Below are positions 37,852-49,909 of a stretch of DNA of 64,000 bases, in pieces (positions within the stretch are counted from its first letter, which is position 1; each line of letters opens with the position of its first letter). The notes beneath the pieces are model-generated. The model worked only from the letters and a program-made list of their open reading frames with translations. It did not search any database and was not told where the DNA came from. The stretch lies in assembly GCF_009834535.1 (NCBI RefSeq), contig NC_045697.1, positions 98,582,001 through 98,646,000 on the forward strand, given 5' to 3'. The position numbers and the translations under genes were made by a program. Origin of the DNA: Camelus ferus (Eukaryota).

Positions 37852-38474
37852 TCTAAGTAGATGAGGTTTCAGGGGTGAGAACTAGGCATGGTTTTCTTGA
37901 CAGAAGAGAAGCCATTTTTAACCTAAACCATCTTATGATCTAAGCCTGGCCTCAGTGCTTGTCCTTGAACAGGTCTCAGTAAAAAGGATCTTAAGGGAAC
38001 AAAAGGACAAACTGTTATCAAGCAAGAGAAGTAACAATAGAAAAGAAAATGAATCAGCCATAAGACTCCCAGTTCTGTTTCAGTGGTAAAGATTAGCAAT
38101 TTCTTGACCAGTTTTGCAGAGTTTAAACCCCCCTCAAGCACTAAACCACTAGATCATCTAGAACATAAAGGATGGTGATGTTGACACTTTCTAACCCTCA
38201 TGACTTCAATCAACTAAAGTTTAGACTCTGTCAACCTTGGCCCCAATTTTTTTGCTGAATTCTCTTGCTCAAGCTCCTTCATAATATGCATGTACCCTTA
38301 GCTTAAAACTTCCCCAAATTTGCTGTTCGGGTAGGAACTGAATTGGGAAATATCCCCAGTGTTCTCCTCACATGCTGGAAGTTATAATAAATTCTTCCTT
38401 CCTCTGATCTTTGGCTTGGTTGTGTCTTCTGGCTCAACATCCATCAAGAGGCAAACCCAATTTTTTGGATAACA
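37852..38474 (+). mobile_element. ERV1-type solo LTR
   Basis: T(C)TAAGTAG...GGATAACA; perfect TSD TGCC (37848-37851 / 38475-38478); AATAAA at about 38385; removing it restores the L2 tail. Confidence 0.9.
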
Positions 38475-39194
38475 TGCCCAGCACCTAGAACTGTGCCCTG
38501 GAATTTAGTGGTGCTCAATATAATCGTTCATAGAAGGGACAAGAATGAGTGCTTAAAGATCCCTCTACCTTCTGCCCCAAATAAGAGTTAGTGGCCATGA
38601 AACTGAGCTTCCCCAATACATACCATCTTGTGGGAAAACAAGTATCCTGCCATCTAATTTATAGTTTAATGTTTCTTCCTAAAGAAAAAGGCAAATACTC
38701 AATCTGCTAAGAATTACAGTTAGGGCATCTCTGTCCCACCCCCAGGTTCGATAAAAATGGGATGAATTTAACATCTGAAAACAGAACACATAATGGTTGT
38801 TTTCCCTATCTTTCGGGTGTTATGGAAAAGACCACGCGTCTGCTAAATCTCCATCTAGAGTGTATCCTCAGGAATCCAGGATATAACTGGAATACAGAGG
38901 TGCTAAGAAACTTAAACTTCTTTTGAGTTGTACCCAAAGGGCTGTGGAACCCGGCCTAGAAATAATGAGCACCAGAAGGAGGGATCTGCCTATGGTTTTC
39001 AAACACTTTATATACTAAGAGAAAGAATGTTTATAGAGAGCCAGCTTTTCCTTAAACATGATTATTCCCCCAAAGCAGAAAAGCAATCCTTTTATAGCTA
39101 GCAAGCCCAGAGCTCTCCCCATCTCGGACACCTCCTCTGCCTTCTGTTCTGCTGGCCTGAGCACTGCAGCTGCAGTTCTTCCTAGGTGCCTTTA

Positions 39195-39740
39195 GGAAGC
39201 TGAGCAGGATCCTGTGGGGCCCTTCTGGGCACAAAAGCCTTTCTGTATCCCCAGTTTATTATTTGCAGGATAAAGGCTGCAGCCTCCTAGACCTTCCTGA
39301 ATACCAAAGGGCAGATTCAAACTGTTGCTAATCAGGGAAGTAAGGGAATCCCGTCAGGAAAAGAGAGTGCAGCTATTCAAGCAGGATCCTGGTTCCTCCT
39401 CAAGGAATACACTAACAGTATCTTTTAGTTCTTCTGCAGGAACTAAGGCCCCACCCAGGCAGAGGATGGTAACTTCAGGTTAAGCACAGGATTCCTGGAA
39501 CACCACTCTGTTACCTCACCAACAACCAGTCAGAAGAAAGTCACACATCCTGCAGCCCTCACTCCAAATTTTGCCTACAAAAACTTCTTCCCCAAAACCA
39601 TCGATGAGTTCACATTTTTTTTAGTACAAGCCACCCATTCTCCTTGCTTGGGCCTGCAATAAACCTGTCTCTCCTCTAATTTCCAACTTTTCAGTTTTTT
39701 CGGCCTCACTGTGCCTCAGGCACATAAACTTTTAAGTAAG
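39195..39740 (+). mobile_element. ERV1-type solo LTR (TGAAAC(A/T)GAGCAGGA family)
   Basis: Colinear with 62481-63029 (CCAAAGGGCAGATTCA...GTTGCTAATCAGGGAAG...CTGCAATAAACC). Confidence 0.88.
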
Positions 39741-39912
39741 AAACTTACTGAAACTGTGAGTAAGAAACTGCAAGGGAAGGAGGGGCTGGAAGTGAGGCTG
39801 CTCTTCAGTTATTTGAATGATTTAATGTCTTAAAGTGAGACTATATTCATGTATCATTTACAATAAAAAGAAAAAACAGTATTATTTTAAAAACAACTTT
39901 TAGCTTATCTCC

Positions 39913-40162
39913 TGTCATGGAGGAAGAAATTCTCTACCCTTCTAGGTTATTCTTCAGAATTAGATTGACATGAAATAGATTAACAGTAGAAAATCAAAAA
40001 AAAAAACTTAATAACACGTATACATGGAAGAGACCCAGGAAAACTGAGTAACTCACCAAAGGGGTTGAAGTCCTCACCTTAAATACCATCCTTAGCTAAA
40101 GACAAGAGAGGATGTTGAAAGTTGGGAGAGTCAATTATGGGATGTAACCAGGAAAAGCACAG
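39913..40162 (-). mobile_element. MER34-like LTR, 3' half
   Basis: TGTCATGGAGGAAGAAATT...CAGCTAAAGAC-like segment; homologous to 46199-46420 and to the reverse complement of 44270-44520. Confidence 0.85.
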
Positions 40163-40898
40163 GCTGAACATAAGATTCCTGGAACACTGCCCTGTTACGT
40201 CACCACTGTGAATGAAAAATACTGCAAACCATATCAGTAAACAAAGAATGCTGAAGCCATCAAGTCATAAGTAGCTGCCGCCACCCCCCAGTGAAGACAA
40301 GCCTGCAGCCCAGCCTCTGCAGCCACTCACCATGGTGCACTCTGAGGAGACTCAGAATAATAAAGGACAGGATACTGGCCCTAGATAGCTAGGTGCTTGT
40401 CAAACAATGAATTCAATGAGCCCAAAGGTTTGCTTCCTCTCATATATAGAAAAGCACTTAATTCTTTAATTTGAGATGCCTGGTTTTTTTTAGATAACAA
40501 GTAATCTTTTATTATTCCAACTACCTGGTCTTTGTTGTAAAGGTCCTATATATCCTAGCTCCTCCCCTACCTCTTCAGAGCAGCCCCTCAGGGAGATCTG
40601 AGAGGCTGTCATCCCTGCTCAAGTCCTCCTGCCAAATAACTTTTAGGCTGAGCATTTATTTCAGTTGACACCACAAACCAAGCAGAAGAAAGTCACACAT
40701 CCTGTAGCCCTCACCCCAAATTCTGCCTGTTAAAAACTTCTCTCCCAAAACCACCAAATAGTTTGGGGTTTGGGGAGGGCATGAGCCACTTGTTCTCTTT
40801 GCTTGTCCCTGCAATAAACCTGTCTCTGCTCTAAACTCCAACATTTTGGTTCTCTTGGCCTCACTGTTCCTTGGGCACATGAACTTATGTTTGGTAAG
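40160..40898 (+). mobile_element. 3' half of a TGAAAC-family LTR split by another LTR
   Basis: AGGCTGAACATAAGATTCCTGGAACACTGCCCTGTTACGTCACCAC|AAACCAAGCAGAAGAAAGTCACACATCCTG...TTGGTAAGA matches 39478-39735. Confidence 0.88.
40207..40670 (+). mobile_element. ERV1-type solo LTR nested in an LTR
   Basis: TGTGAATG...CAGTTGACA; perfect TSD CCAC (40203-40206 / 40671-40674); CCTATATA TATA box. Confidence 0.92.
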
Positions 40899-41194
40899 AC
40901 GTACAGAGATAATTGCTTTGACCATGAAGATCAGAACATTAAGAATTTCCAAATGTTGGAGGGATCAGATAACGAGAAAAAAGATAAATGTTCCCATTCT
41001 GCTTACAAAGGTATAATTTACTAAATTGCTGTAAGTCATAATTAGTATAACAGAAAGGTTTTCCTTATATAAAGCAAACAAAAATTGAAAAGGCGGAAAT
41101 ATTTCACACAAAAACTCGTAAAAAATTATAATCATATTCATCAGTTCATTCAGTCCTAAGTAATTCTTGTTGATTTTCATCTTTTGTTAGCAGG

Positions 41195-41348
41195 TTTTTT
41201 TGTCTGTTTGTTTATTTGGGGCAGGGGGAGCAGGAAGTAATAAGATTTATTTTTTTATTTTTTCTTTTAATGGAGGTGCTGGAGATTGAACCTAGGACCT
41301 CATGCATGCTAAGCACACACTCTAGCACTGAACTATACCTGGTCCCGC
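41195..41348 (-). mobile_element. Vic-1-type SINE
   Basis: AATGGAGGTGCTGGAGATTGAACCTAGGACCTCATGCATGCTAAGCACACACTCTAGCACTGAACTATACC. Confidence 0.88.
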
Positions 41349-41562
41349 TTATAAATGACTATCTTTAGATGGCATGGCATGGATCTGATTATAATGCAAT
41401 TGACAAAGAAATTGCTTATTTCTGTGACATAAAACATTTTAAGATAATAACTAGGATTATGACTGATAACATACTAGGACATATTTGAATTTTAGGAATT
41501 TCTTATAATTTCTAGAACATTTATATTAATAACAATTACTCATCAATATAACCTAAGAAGGT

Positions 41563-41741
41563 GGAAAGGTATAGCTCAGTGGTAGAGTGCATGCTTAGCA
41601 TGCATGAGGTCCTTGGTTCAAACCCCAGCACATCCATTTAAAACAAAAATTAAATAAACAAATAAATAAACCCAATAACCTCCTCCTCCTCCCCCAAAAA
41701 GGAAAGAAATAAAATTGTGGAATTTTGAAAAAAAGGACCCT
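41563..41741 (+). mobile_element. Vic-1-type SINE
   Basis: 18-bp TSD AAT(A/G)TAACCTAAGAAGGT (41545-41562 / 41742-41759). Confidence 0.92.
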
Positions 41742-41817
41742 AATGTAACCTAAGAAGGTTTATCATCACTTATTTGACAATGTTTCTCATGTAATTTAAT
41801 ATCCAAGTAAGCCTAAT

Positions 41818-42464
41818 TGAGACAGGAGGGAAGGGGGCAGGTCACAAGCATTCAAGGAGTGGCACAGCAATTAACACCAGAATGGTGGAAGATTCATCTC
41901 CCAGTGGGCCTTGAGGCTCACATGGCAGGAGATTTGACTTCTAGTAGACCTGGAGCTTCATTATATGCTTACTGCAATATATTAGCACGGTAAATGACAC
42001 TCTCACAGGTGCCATGACAGCTACGAGGCTGCCCCTAAAGGTCAAACAGTTGGCAGTGGTCCAATTCCTAGGAATCCCAGCCCCTTTCCCGGGGTAGTTG
42101 GAATGGTCCTCCCACTTGGCATGAGAAGCTACCGAGCCCATAAAACCTGGCAACATGGCGCCTTGCGGCCTCTCTAGCTACCTCCTCTTCAGAGACAGCC
42201 CACACTCTGTCTATGGTGTATCCACTTTAACCTGAGCACCCAGCCCCCACACCTCGTTGTCTTTCTCTCACCTTCTGAAACAGCCTATACTCTATGTAGT
42301 ACGTATCTCTCTAAATAAATCTATCTTTACTCAACTGTGGCTGTGTCTCGAATTTTTTCCTGCATGAAACCAAGGACCCACACTTGGTGTGGCACATTCC
42401 AGGGACTCAACTGAGACCTGGGGCACGGCCCTCTTCTCACCCCACATTCGTTTTTCTTGTATCA
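41818..42464 (+). mobile_element. ERV1-type solo LTR (TGAGACAGGAGG family, copy 3)
   Basis: TGAGACAGG...CTTGTATCA; perfect TSD TAAT; AATAAA at about 42314. Confidence 0.93.
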
Positions 42465-43380
42465 TAATTAACATCTCTGCGATGTTTCAGGGCCCTCTGA
42501 AATGGCCTCAAGTTCCCTAGAGGTCAAAAGAATTTACTTAAATTTTGACTTGGGAAAGTTTGTCAAAGATCTTAAAACATTTGGTCAAAAAGGATCATAG
42601 GTAACTGTGAAATAATACTTATCCATTTAACCAATGTGACTTTAAAAGACTTCAAAGGTAAATATAGAAAGTTACAACAGATTACTTAAAGGCAAAGAAA
42701 TTTTACAATCTGTTGTGAAAAGCTTACCTTTAATATTAGAATTCATTAACTCAATTAAATTCATTCTAATCTTAGCCAGTTCAGACCATACCACACAAAA
42801 AACTCTTTTCTCAAGGTTCCTTTTCTTACAAACCTATAATTTTTACATTCAGATTTTGTCCTATACTTGCTCTCTCTCTCTCTTAAATCTCTTTAGAAAT
42901 TACTTTTTCTCTTAACAAAATGCATTTTCATTCTTTATGCTTTTTTTCCCCTTGACTATGAAAATATTTTCCTTATTAATTTTAGTATCTCCAATTACAT
43001 ATATTAATTAGAATTCTTAATCTTAGAAACCTTAATTTATACTGAAAATGAAGAATTAAGCAATTGTGAAATGTTTGTTATATCAGTATTTGATTGCCAA
43101 AATTATGATTTCTAGAAACATATATTCCCTTATAACATAATTTCTTTTTTCAATGTGATACGTGATATGTATTTAATAAACCTAAACGTTTTTAGTTTTT
43201 CAGTAATAAGACTAAAGTAGGTAAACAGACTTGTTTAGCAATTAATGTTTCATCTTTAAGTATTTTACCTTATTTGGAAATGACCTAGACAGTCAATGGA
43301 CTCCCATCATTTAGCTTAACTTAGTAAAACTCCAAAGTTTTGAGTTAAAAAGATATGGAGAAAATATTTTTAAGTAGATG

Positions 43381-43985
43381 TGTTAGAGCAGGCAGATAGC
43401 TAGATATGAGCAGAAAAAGGGGGACACAGAACAAATGGCAGGAATTGGGCAGAAAGGAGGGGCACAGGCCAAATGCAGGAAACCACACATCATTTAAGCA
43501 CCAGGGGTCCCTGGGCAGAGAAAGAAAAGCAGGAACCTTTGGGAGATAAAGGGCCACGTCTTTTGGCCTGGAGACCAACAAAAAAAGGTGAGAAAAGGCA
43601 GGAATTTCCAGTGTCTGTATGTAACCTTTTGCTCATTATGCCCTCATTTCAATAAAATTAGCCTTGCAGATCAGAAGTACCCATCATGCACCGAAGCCAT
43701 GACACTTCCCATCCAGACTAAATGAGGACAAAAATCCCTCCTCCCTTTGGGAAGGTGGAGTTGGGATGATAATCAGGGAATACGACCCCAAGCCCTTCCC
43801 TCCCCAGTGAATATTCTGCCCATTCATTTTTACACCCTATGTAACTAACTTGCCAAAGAAACTCAGGGCAGCCGCTCACCTGAGCCTGCCCGCTCTCCCC
43901 TGAGAGTGTACTGTCCATCCCTTAATAAATCCTCACTTTACCTTTTTTAACCACTACGTCTTGTCTCTGAATTCTTTCTGGGACA
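43381..43985 (+). mobile_element. ERV1-type solo LTR
   Basis: TGTTAGAGCAGG...TCTGGGACA; perfect TSD GATG (43377-43380 / 43986-43989); AATAAA at about 43924. Confidence 0.85.
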
Positions 43986-43987
43986 GA

Positions 43988-44520
43988 TGTAGGGGAGAAG
44001 AATTTGCCACTCTACAACATGTCTCTTTGGCATTTTGATTGTTTTAGGCTGGTTATTTTCTGAGATACAGTAGACATGGGAAGGGCTCTGAAAAACCTAG
44101 TAGGAATTTCCCTTTTGTAAGAAACACTTATCTCTGTAAGGGAAATCTCCACATGTAAGGATGTCTCCCTCTCTGTACCTGGAAGAGGAGGATGGCCAAA
44201 TCTCTAGAAACACTTATCATTAACAGTCTTATCAATGACAGTTGGCTTCATAATCACCCTTGTTTGCTGTGCTTTTCCTGGTAGCCTCCCTTAACTGACA
44301 GTACTCAACATTCTCTTTTTCTTTAGCTGAGGATGCTATTTAAGGTGAGGGCTTTAGCTGTCTTGGCAAGTTACTCAGTTTTCCCAGGTCTCTCTCCTAT
44401 ACACACGTTATTAAACTTTTGTGTGATTTTCTCCTTTCCAACTGCTTCATATCAATTTAATTCTTAGATCAGCCAGAAGAACCTAGAAGGATAGAGGACA
44501 ATTTCTTCCTCCCCAAAACA
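43988..44520 (+). mobile_element. MER34-like solo LTR
   Basis: TGTAGGGGAGAAGAATTTGCCAC...ATTTCTTCCTCCCCAAAACA; homologous to 58234-58770. Confidence 0.88.
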
Positions 44521-44540
44521 CACATACCATAAAACATTAT

Positions 44541-45036
44541 TGTGGGGCCAACTGATGTCCTTAAAGTCCAAAGACCCCCATTCCTGGGCTCTCAGATGCT
44601 GGTGGTTCCTCAAAAGATAGAGTATATTCTTTACTGGGCAGGTTTGCCATAACCACCTGGTAGCCCTAGGTAATGTTTAATCTCATGATAGATCAGGGTG
44701 ACTCATTTCAGCCCACCTTATAAAAGTCATAAACCCCATTGCCCTTCCTGGGCCCTAAACTTCTTACCTCCATCTATAACCAATCAGAACTTGTGCATGA
44801 GCTAACCACACAGCCCCCAACCCACTGTGACCACCAACTCCTCCCCCTAATAAAAGACCCTGTATTTCCATCCCAGTGCTCACACAGGCATCTCTTGTCT
44901 GTGTGGCCCACTGTTGTCTATGATGGTGAACCCTAATAAACTCCTTTCTGTTCCTATACTTTACCTCTGGTAAATTCTTTTACCAACCCACAAGTCACTG
45001 GCTCACCAACAGGCCACCCCAATATGTCCCACAACA
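44541..45036 (+). mobile_element. Solo LTR (ERV)
   Basis: TGTGGGGCC...CCCACAACA; CCAAT at about 44780, TAATAAAA at about 44848 and AATAAA at about 44935; flanks ATTAT/ATAAT. Confidence 0.82.
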
Positions 45037-45849
45037 ATAATTATTCTTAAAGAGTTCACCTAAAGACTCTCATCCCATTTACATTTATTTACTTATGAAA
45101 ATTTTATTATACCAAGTAACTTTTCTTTTTGACAAATTTTGTACCAAATAACATGAACTTATTTGACTTTCGGTAAACTAGATAGAATAAAAGTTATACA
45201 TTTAATGATGATAATGCTAAAGATAAACCTATTTGATTAAATCAATGAGCTTAAACTTATTTTTACTTACAAGTATTAATCCTAGATCACATGAATTGAG
45301 AAAAAAAATTTGGGTTAATGCCTATTATATTTCTGAGAATTTATATAAGCACTTAATTTTCTTTAAGCCAGTTAAACACAGCTCATTTATAAATTAATTT
45401 TGGCAATACCAACAGGAGGTAGAAAATACCACACATCTACAGTATCATACGTAGACATGCACAAAAATATGAACAGATGTAAACAGACCCCATAGCTCCC
45501 ATTCCAAAATTCAATGAATCAGGTAAAATAATATAAAACCTACCAGTGATAAAAGAAGTTGGACTCAAATTGGGTATTCAGCAGATAGAACAAATCAGTC
45601 ACCTGTTCAAATGGCTAAAACCCTTTCCACTAATATTTGTGCAGAAGACACTTAAGATTTGCTTGTCTTTGACAAGCCACATTCCAAATGAACTTTCTCC
45701 TTTCCTGAAATCTGCATTTTAAAGAGATGGCCCAGATAAGAGTTCCTGGAGAAGACCAGGTACATCTGGAAGGCACAGGGAGAGAAATGCCAGCTCCTCC
45801 TAGAAGGACTTTTGTTTCCTTAAGGGCAGAATTTTTTTCCAACACATAA

Positions 45850-45971
45850 GAAAGGGTAACTCCTACTTGGTTTTCAGTTTTTCTCCCATGTCTGCTATTA
45901 CTTAGAAAATAACCAGTTTAAAATAATATTCCAGAGACACATTTTGGGGTGGCAAATTCTGTTCTCCTATA
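45850..45971 (-). mobile_element. MER34-like LTR, 5' end
   Basis: Reverse complement T(A)TAGGAGAACAGAATTTGCCACCCCAAAATGTGTCTCTGG. Confidence 0.8.
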
Positions 45972-46009
45972 CTTAACAGAGTGAGGTTCTCTGTCTTCCT
46001 GGGTAACAG

Positions 46010-47120
46010 ACACTTGAAAAACAGTATGGCAGTTTTGTTTGTTTGTTTGTTTGTTTTTTATATAACAGTGCATTTACCATCCAATTCAGCCATTCTAGTC
46101 CTAGGCATTTATCCAAAGGAAATGAAAACGTATGTCCACACAAAGACTAGCACGTGAATGTCCACAGCACTTTATTCTTAAAAATCAAAGCAGCATATTG
46201 TCGTGGAGGAAGAAATTTCCCTCTACCCTTCTAGGTTCTTCTGGCTGATCTAAGAATTAAATTGACATGAGACAGATAAACAGGAAAAAATCACACAAAA
46301 GTTTAATAACATGTATACATGGGGGAAACCCAGGACAACTGAGTAACTTGCCAAAATGATAGAAACCCTCACCTCAAATACCACTGTCAGCTAAAGACAA
46401 AAGATGTTGGGCTAGTGGTTTGGGACTTCAAAGGAGAGGAAGACAATTCACACGGAGATGGAAAATCAAATGTTTGACAAATAAATGTTTGCTGGGCCAT
46501 GCAGAGACAGTGGGACACAGCGTGGATTCTGGTATCTAGGCCCTGCCTGTAGTGTCCTCCACCCCACCACACCTAGCCCATATTTTTGGCAGATCTCTCT
46601 AGTGACAGCTTTATTCTGGGAATAGACACTCTATCTAAAGTCTTCAAGCAGTTAGGGGGAAGGTCAAAGAATCTTTCTGAGTGTTTATGAACTTTGATTG
46701 TTTTCATTTGGAAATAATTTGCATGCCAAAGGGACATTTTGGAGCAGCAAATTTTGCTCCCCTACAACACAATCTAAATGTCCAACAACAGGTGAATGGA
46801 TATGTAAATTGTATATGGAATACTAATCGGTAATAACATGGAGGGCATTAATAGACACGTAACAACACACATGAATCACAAAAGCATTCTGAGGAGTACA
46901 TATTGTATATTCCATTTATATCAAACTGTAGCAAAAGCAAATCTAATGTATAATAGTAGATAGGAGATTGATAGTTACCTGAGTAGTGGCCATGATTTGG
47001 GGAGGATTTATTAGGAAGGAGCACAAGGGAAGTTTTCAGAGTGTTGGAAATAGTCTCATTTGTATTGTGGTGGTATATATATTTGCCAAGACTCATAGAA
47101 CTGTACAATAACAAATAAAG
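46010..47120 (+). mobile_element. Old L1 3' fragment split by an LTR
   Basis: CCTAGGCATTTATCCAAAGGAAATGAAAACGTATGTCCACACAAAGAC resumes at AATCTAAATGTCCAACAACAGGTGAATGGAT. Confidence 0.8.
46199..46766 (-). mobile_element. MER34-like solo LTR
   Basis: TGTCGTGGAGG...TTTGCTCCCCTACA; near reverse complement of 58234-58770. Confidence 0.9.
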
Positions 47121-47204
47121 GCAAAGTTTGAAGTCATTGGATTGTGAGAAACTTAAGGAGTCTGGACTAAACCTGAAACCATCAAAAAATATAAAAGGGA
47201 TTTT

Positions 47205-47400
47205 TAGACATTACTATATATAAAATAGATAAACAAAAAGGATCTACTGTATAGCACAAGGAACTATATTCAATACCTCGTAATAGCCTATAATGAAAAG
47301 GAATATATATATATATGGACATGTACAACGGAATCACTATGCTGTACACCAGAAATTAAAACAACATTGTAAATCTACTATATTTCAATTAAAAATAAAA
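47205..47400 (+). mobile_element. Camelid-type L1 3' end
   Basis: ATAGATAAACAAAAAGGATCTACTGTATAGCACAAGGAACTATATTCAATA...GCTGTACACCAGAAATT. Confidence 0.88.
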
Positions 47401-47506
47401 GAAACAATGATCATGGATCAAGAAAGTAGGATGGAAACAATATCATTAGGACAAAATACAAAAAAGACCTCCAAGATACATTAATAAAAACAAGATGCAG
47501 AGTAAT

Positions 47507-47839
47507 TACAGTTGAGAACAACCTTTGTTTTGCTGTAGGTTTACAGGGACACCATGACCTGGCCCACAGGGATGGCTGCAAGAACAAAGAATGCCTGCAG
47601 CAAGAAGATTACAACAATCAAACACACCCCCTCCCTCATTTTCCCTCCCCCTCCCGTATTTTTTGTATAAAAGGATCCTGTATTCTGACTAGAGCAGGAT
47701 GGTTCTCCAAGACATTAGTCTGCCATCCTCTCGGTCTGCTGGCTTTCTGAATAAAGTCGCTATTCCTTGCCCCAATACCTCATCTCCCGATTTATTGGCT
47801 TGCCGTGCAGCGAGCAAAACAAGTTTGGATTTGGCAACA
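47507..47839 (+). mobile_element. ERV1-type solo LTR
   Basis: Ends GGATTTGGCAACA; TSD TAAT (47503-47506 / 47840-47843); GTATAAAA TATA and AATAAA. Confidence 0.85.
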
Positions 47840-48059
47840 TAATGTGTACAAAATGTGTGGGTATGTGTATTTGCTTATTCACATGTGGAGTATTTGGAGG
47901 CAAACAGAAGAAACTGGTAACAGAGATTGTCTCTAGGGAGGGGGACTGCACGTGTGAGTAAGAGGACAAGGGAGGGACAGAGATTAATTTGACACTGACC
48001 CTTTCACACTCTCCTAAAAAATTTTTATGACATGAATGTATTAATCATTCCAAAAACAA

Positions 48060-49390
48060 ATCTTTGAAAAAGAAATAAAACCATCCCCCACAAAAAAGAA
48101 CCAGGCTTCTTTAAAGAAATGACTGCTTTCATGGTTGGGCGGGGAAAGCACAAAAATGAGCCTAGAACATCTTTTTGCACCAGAAAATAATAATGAGACC
48201 CTCTAAAATCATGGGAATGTGTCAAAAGGACACAAGACCTAACTCGAAGGGGCTACCGGTGGCCAAATATGCTACAGTTTAATCATGGAAGTTAATTATA
48301 ATAGTAATGGATTTTAACCTATTAGAATAAAATAAGGATCCATTAGTCCATATATTCCTCCACTGGCATACATACCTCCATAAGTGAGGGAAAAGAAAAG
48401 CTCTTCCTTAAATCAGAATGCTAATTTATTAATGTAGACAGAATGACGGAGTGGAGTCAGAAATTTATTATTTTCCAACAATTATAGTAATAATTGACTT
48501 AGGCCAAAATCATCAATGGATGTTAAACCAGTAGGTGAAAGTTTCATGAAGGACATGATATTAACATAGTCTGAAAGTACGTCTCCATTTATTACTTAAA
48601 AAGAGAAAAATAGTAATTTTACAGTTTCTATCCATATTCCAGGAAGCAGGATGGAGAAAGGGAAAGCAGAAAAGCATTCACTCTTTTTATAAAGAAAATT
48701 TCCGTATGTACCATTAAACAGCTTCTTGGTGGATACCACCTTAACTAAGGGGTCAAAGTTAATATCACCAAAAATAAAACAAACTGGCATCATGAGTCTC
48801 TTGATACCAAGCACTGAAAAAGAAACAATATCACTTCTACAGTAGTCCTGTCAAAAAATGAACAACCTGAGTTTAATCATGAAACATTAGACAAGTCCAA
48901 ATTGAGGGTCATTCCACGTATCTTGTTTATACTCTTCAAAAGTTTTAAGTCATGAAAACCAAAGAAAGGTTAAGGTTTCAGATTAAAGCAGACTAGAAAG
49001 ACTCAGCAACTAAATGCAACGCATGATCCTGGATTGAATCCTGGACTGGGAAAAAATACATAGTTATAAGGGATGTTATTGGGACAACTGGCAAAATTTT
49101 AGTATCTGTGGATCAGACAACAGTGCTGTACCAAAGTTAAACTGGTGGTTATGTACGACAGACAACGTCATTGTTCTCAGGAAATACACACAGAGTAATT
49201 AAGAGAAATAGAGCACAATGTCTATGACTTACTCTCAAATAGTTCATTTTAAAAACAGCCAGCAATAAAGTAAATGGGGAAAATGTTAATTGGTGAATTT
49301 GGGTAGAAGTTACATGAGAGTTCTTTGTACTATTCTTGCAATTTTTTTCTATACATTTGAAAGTATATAAAAAATAAAGCTTTATAACAA
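48060..49390 (+). mobile_element. Old L1 (L1MC-type) 3' UTR
   Basis: GAACCAGGCTTCTTTAAAGAAATGACTG...CAACTAAATGCAACGCATGATCCTGGATTGAATCCTGGACT...GTTCTTTGTACTATTCTTGCAATTTTT. Confidence 0.85.
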
Positions 49391-49909
49391 AAAGGAATAA
49401 CATGGTTGTAAGAATCATGTCATCAAGCTGTGGTGGCTAGGTGAACCTCTTTGTCCACTCTGGGTGTATTTCTATGTAGCTAATATAACACAATCACCTC
49501 AACAGGTAATATATAACAATTTTTATTCTTTGGTTCTATCCATTATAGACTTTCCTTTGGTTAACGGATCATCATGCCTTCACATTACAATAGTTATCAT
49601 ACAATTGACTGAATTACAACTTTCTTTGGTTTTTTGCTCTAGACAGATGATGTCCTCTGGAAATAGGTATTCTTAGGACCACACTTAACTTCATCTTTTA
49701 TTTTGTGTTACTTTGCAGAAGCTATATTTATTCAGTTCCAGATTCTGCCTGGACTAGATACTTTATCTTCTTTGATTAATGTAATGTACTAATACTATAT
49801 TATAAATCTATGTTATATATAATGTACATTTTATATATATATGTGTGTGTGTGTGTATATATATATATAATATCTGTTAGGTTATAATCTGTTATTAAAA
49901 TCCATTAGA

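Larger units (their letters stand above)
36995..38540 (+). mobile_element. L2 3' region split by two solo LTRs
   Basis: CTTAGAATAAAA|ATCCAAGCTC and CTAGAATGTAAGTTCCATAAGGG...TTGTTCACTATTGTATGCC|CAGCACCTAGAACTGTGCC...GTGCTCAATA. Confidence 0.82.
40899..45780 (-). mobile_element. AT-rich ERV1 (MER4/MER34-group) internal sequence, non-coding remnant, repeatedly interrupted
   Basis: MER4-group int-like text (AATGCAATTGACAAAGAAATT...GATAATAACTAGGATTATGACTGATAAC; TTTGACTTGGGAAAGTTTGTCAAA; TTTACCTTATTTGGAAATGACCTAGA) continues across each insert and lies between MER34-like LTR halves. Confidence 0.7.
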
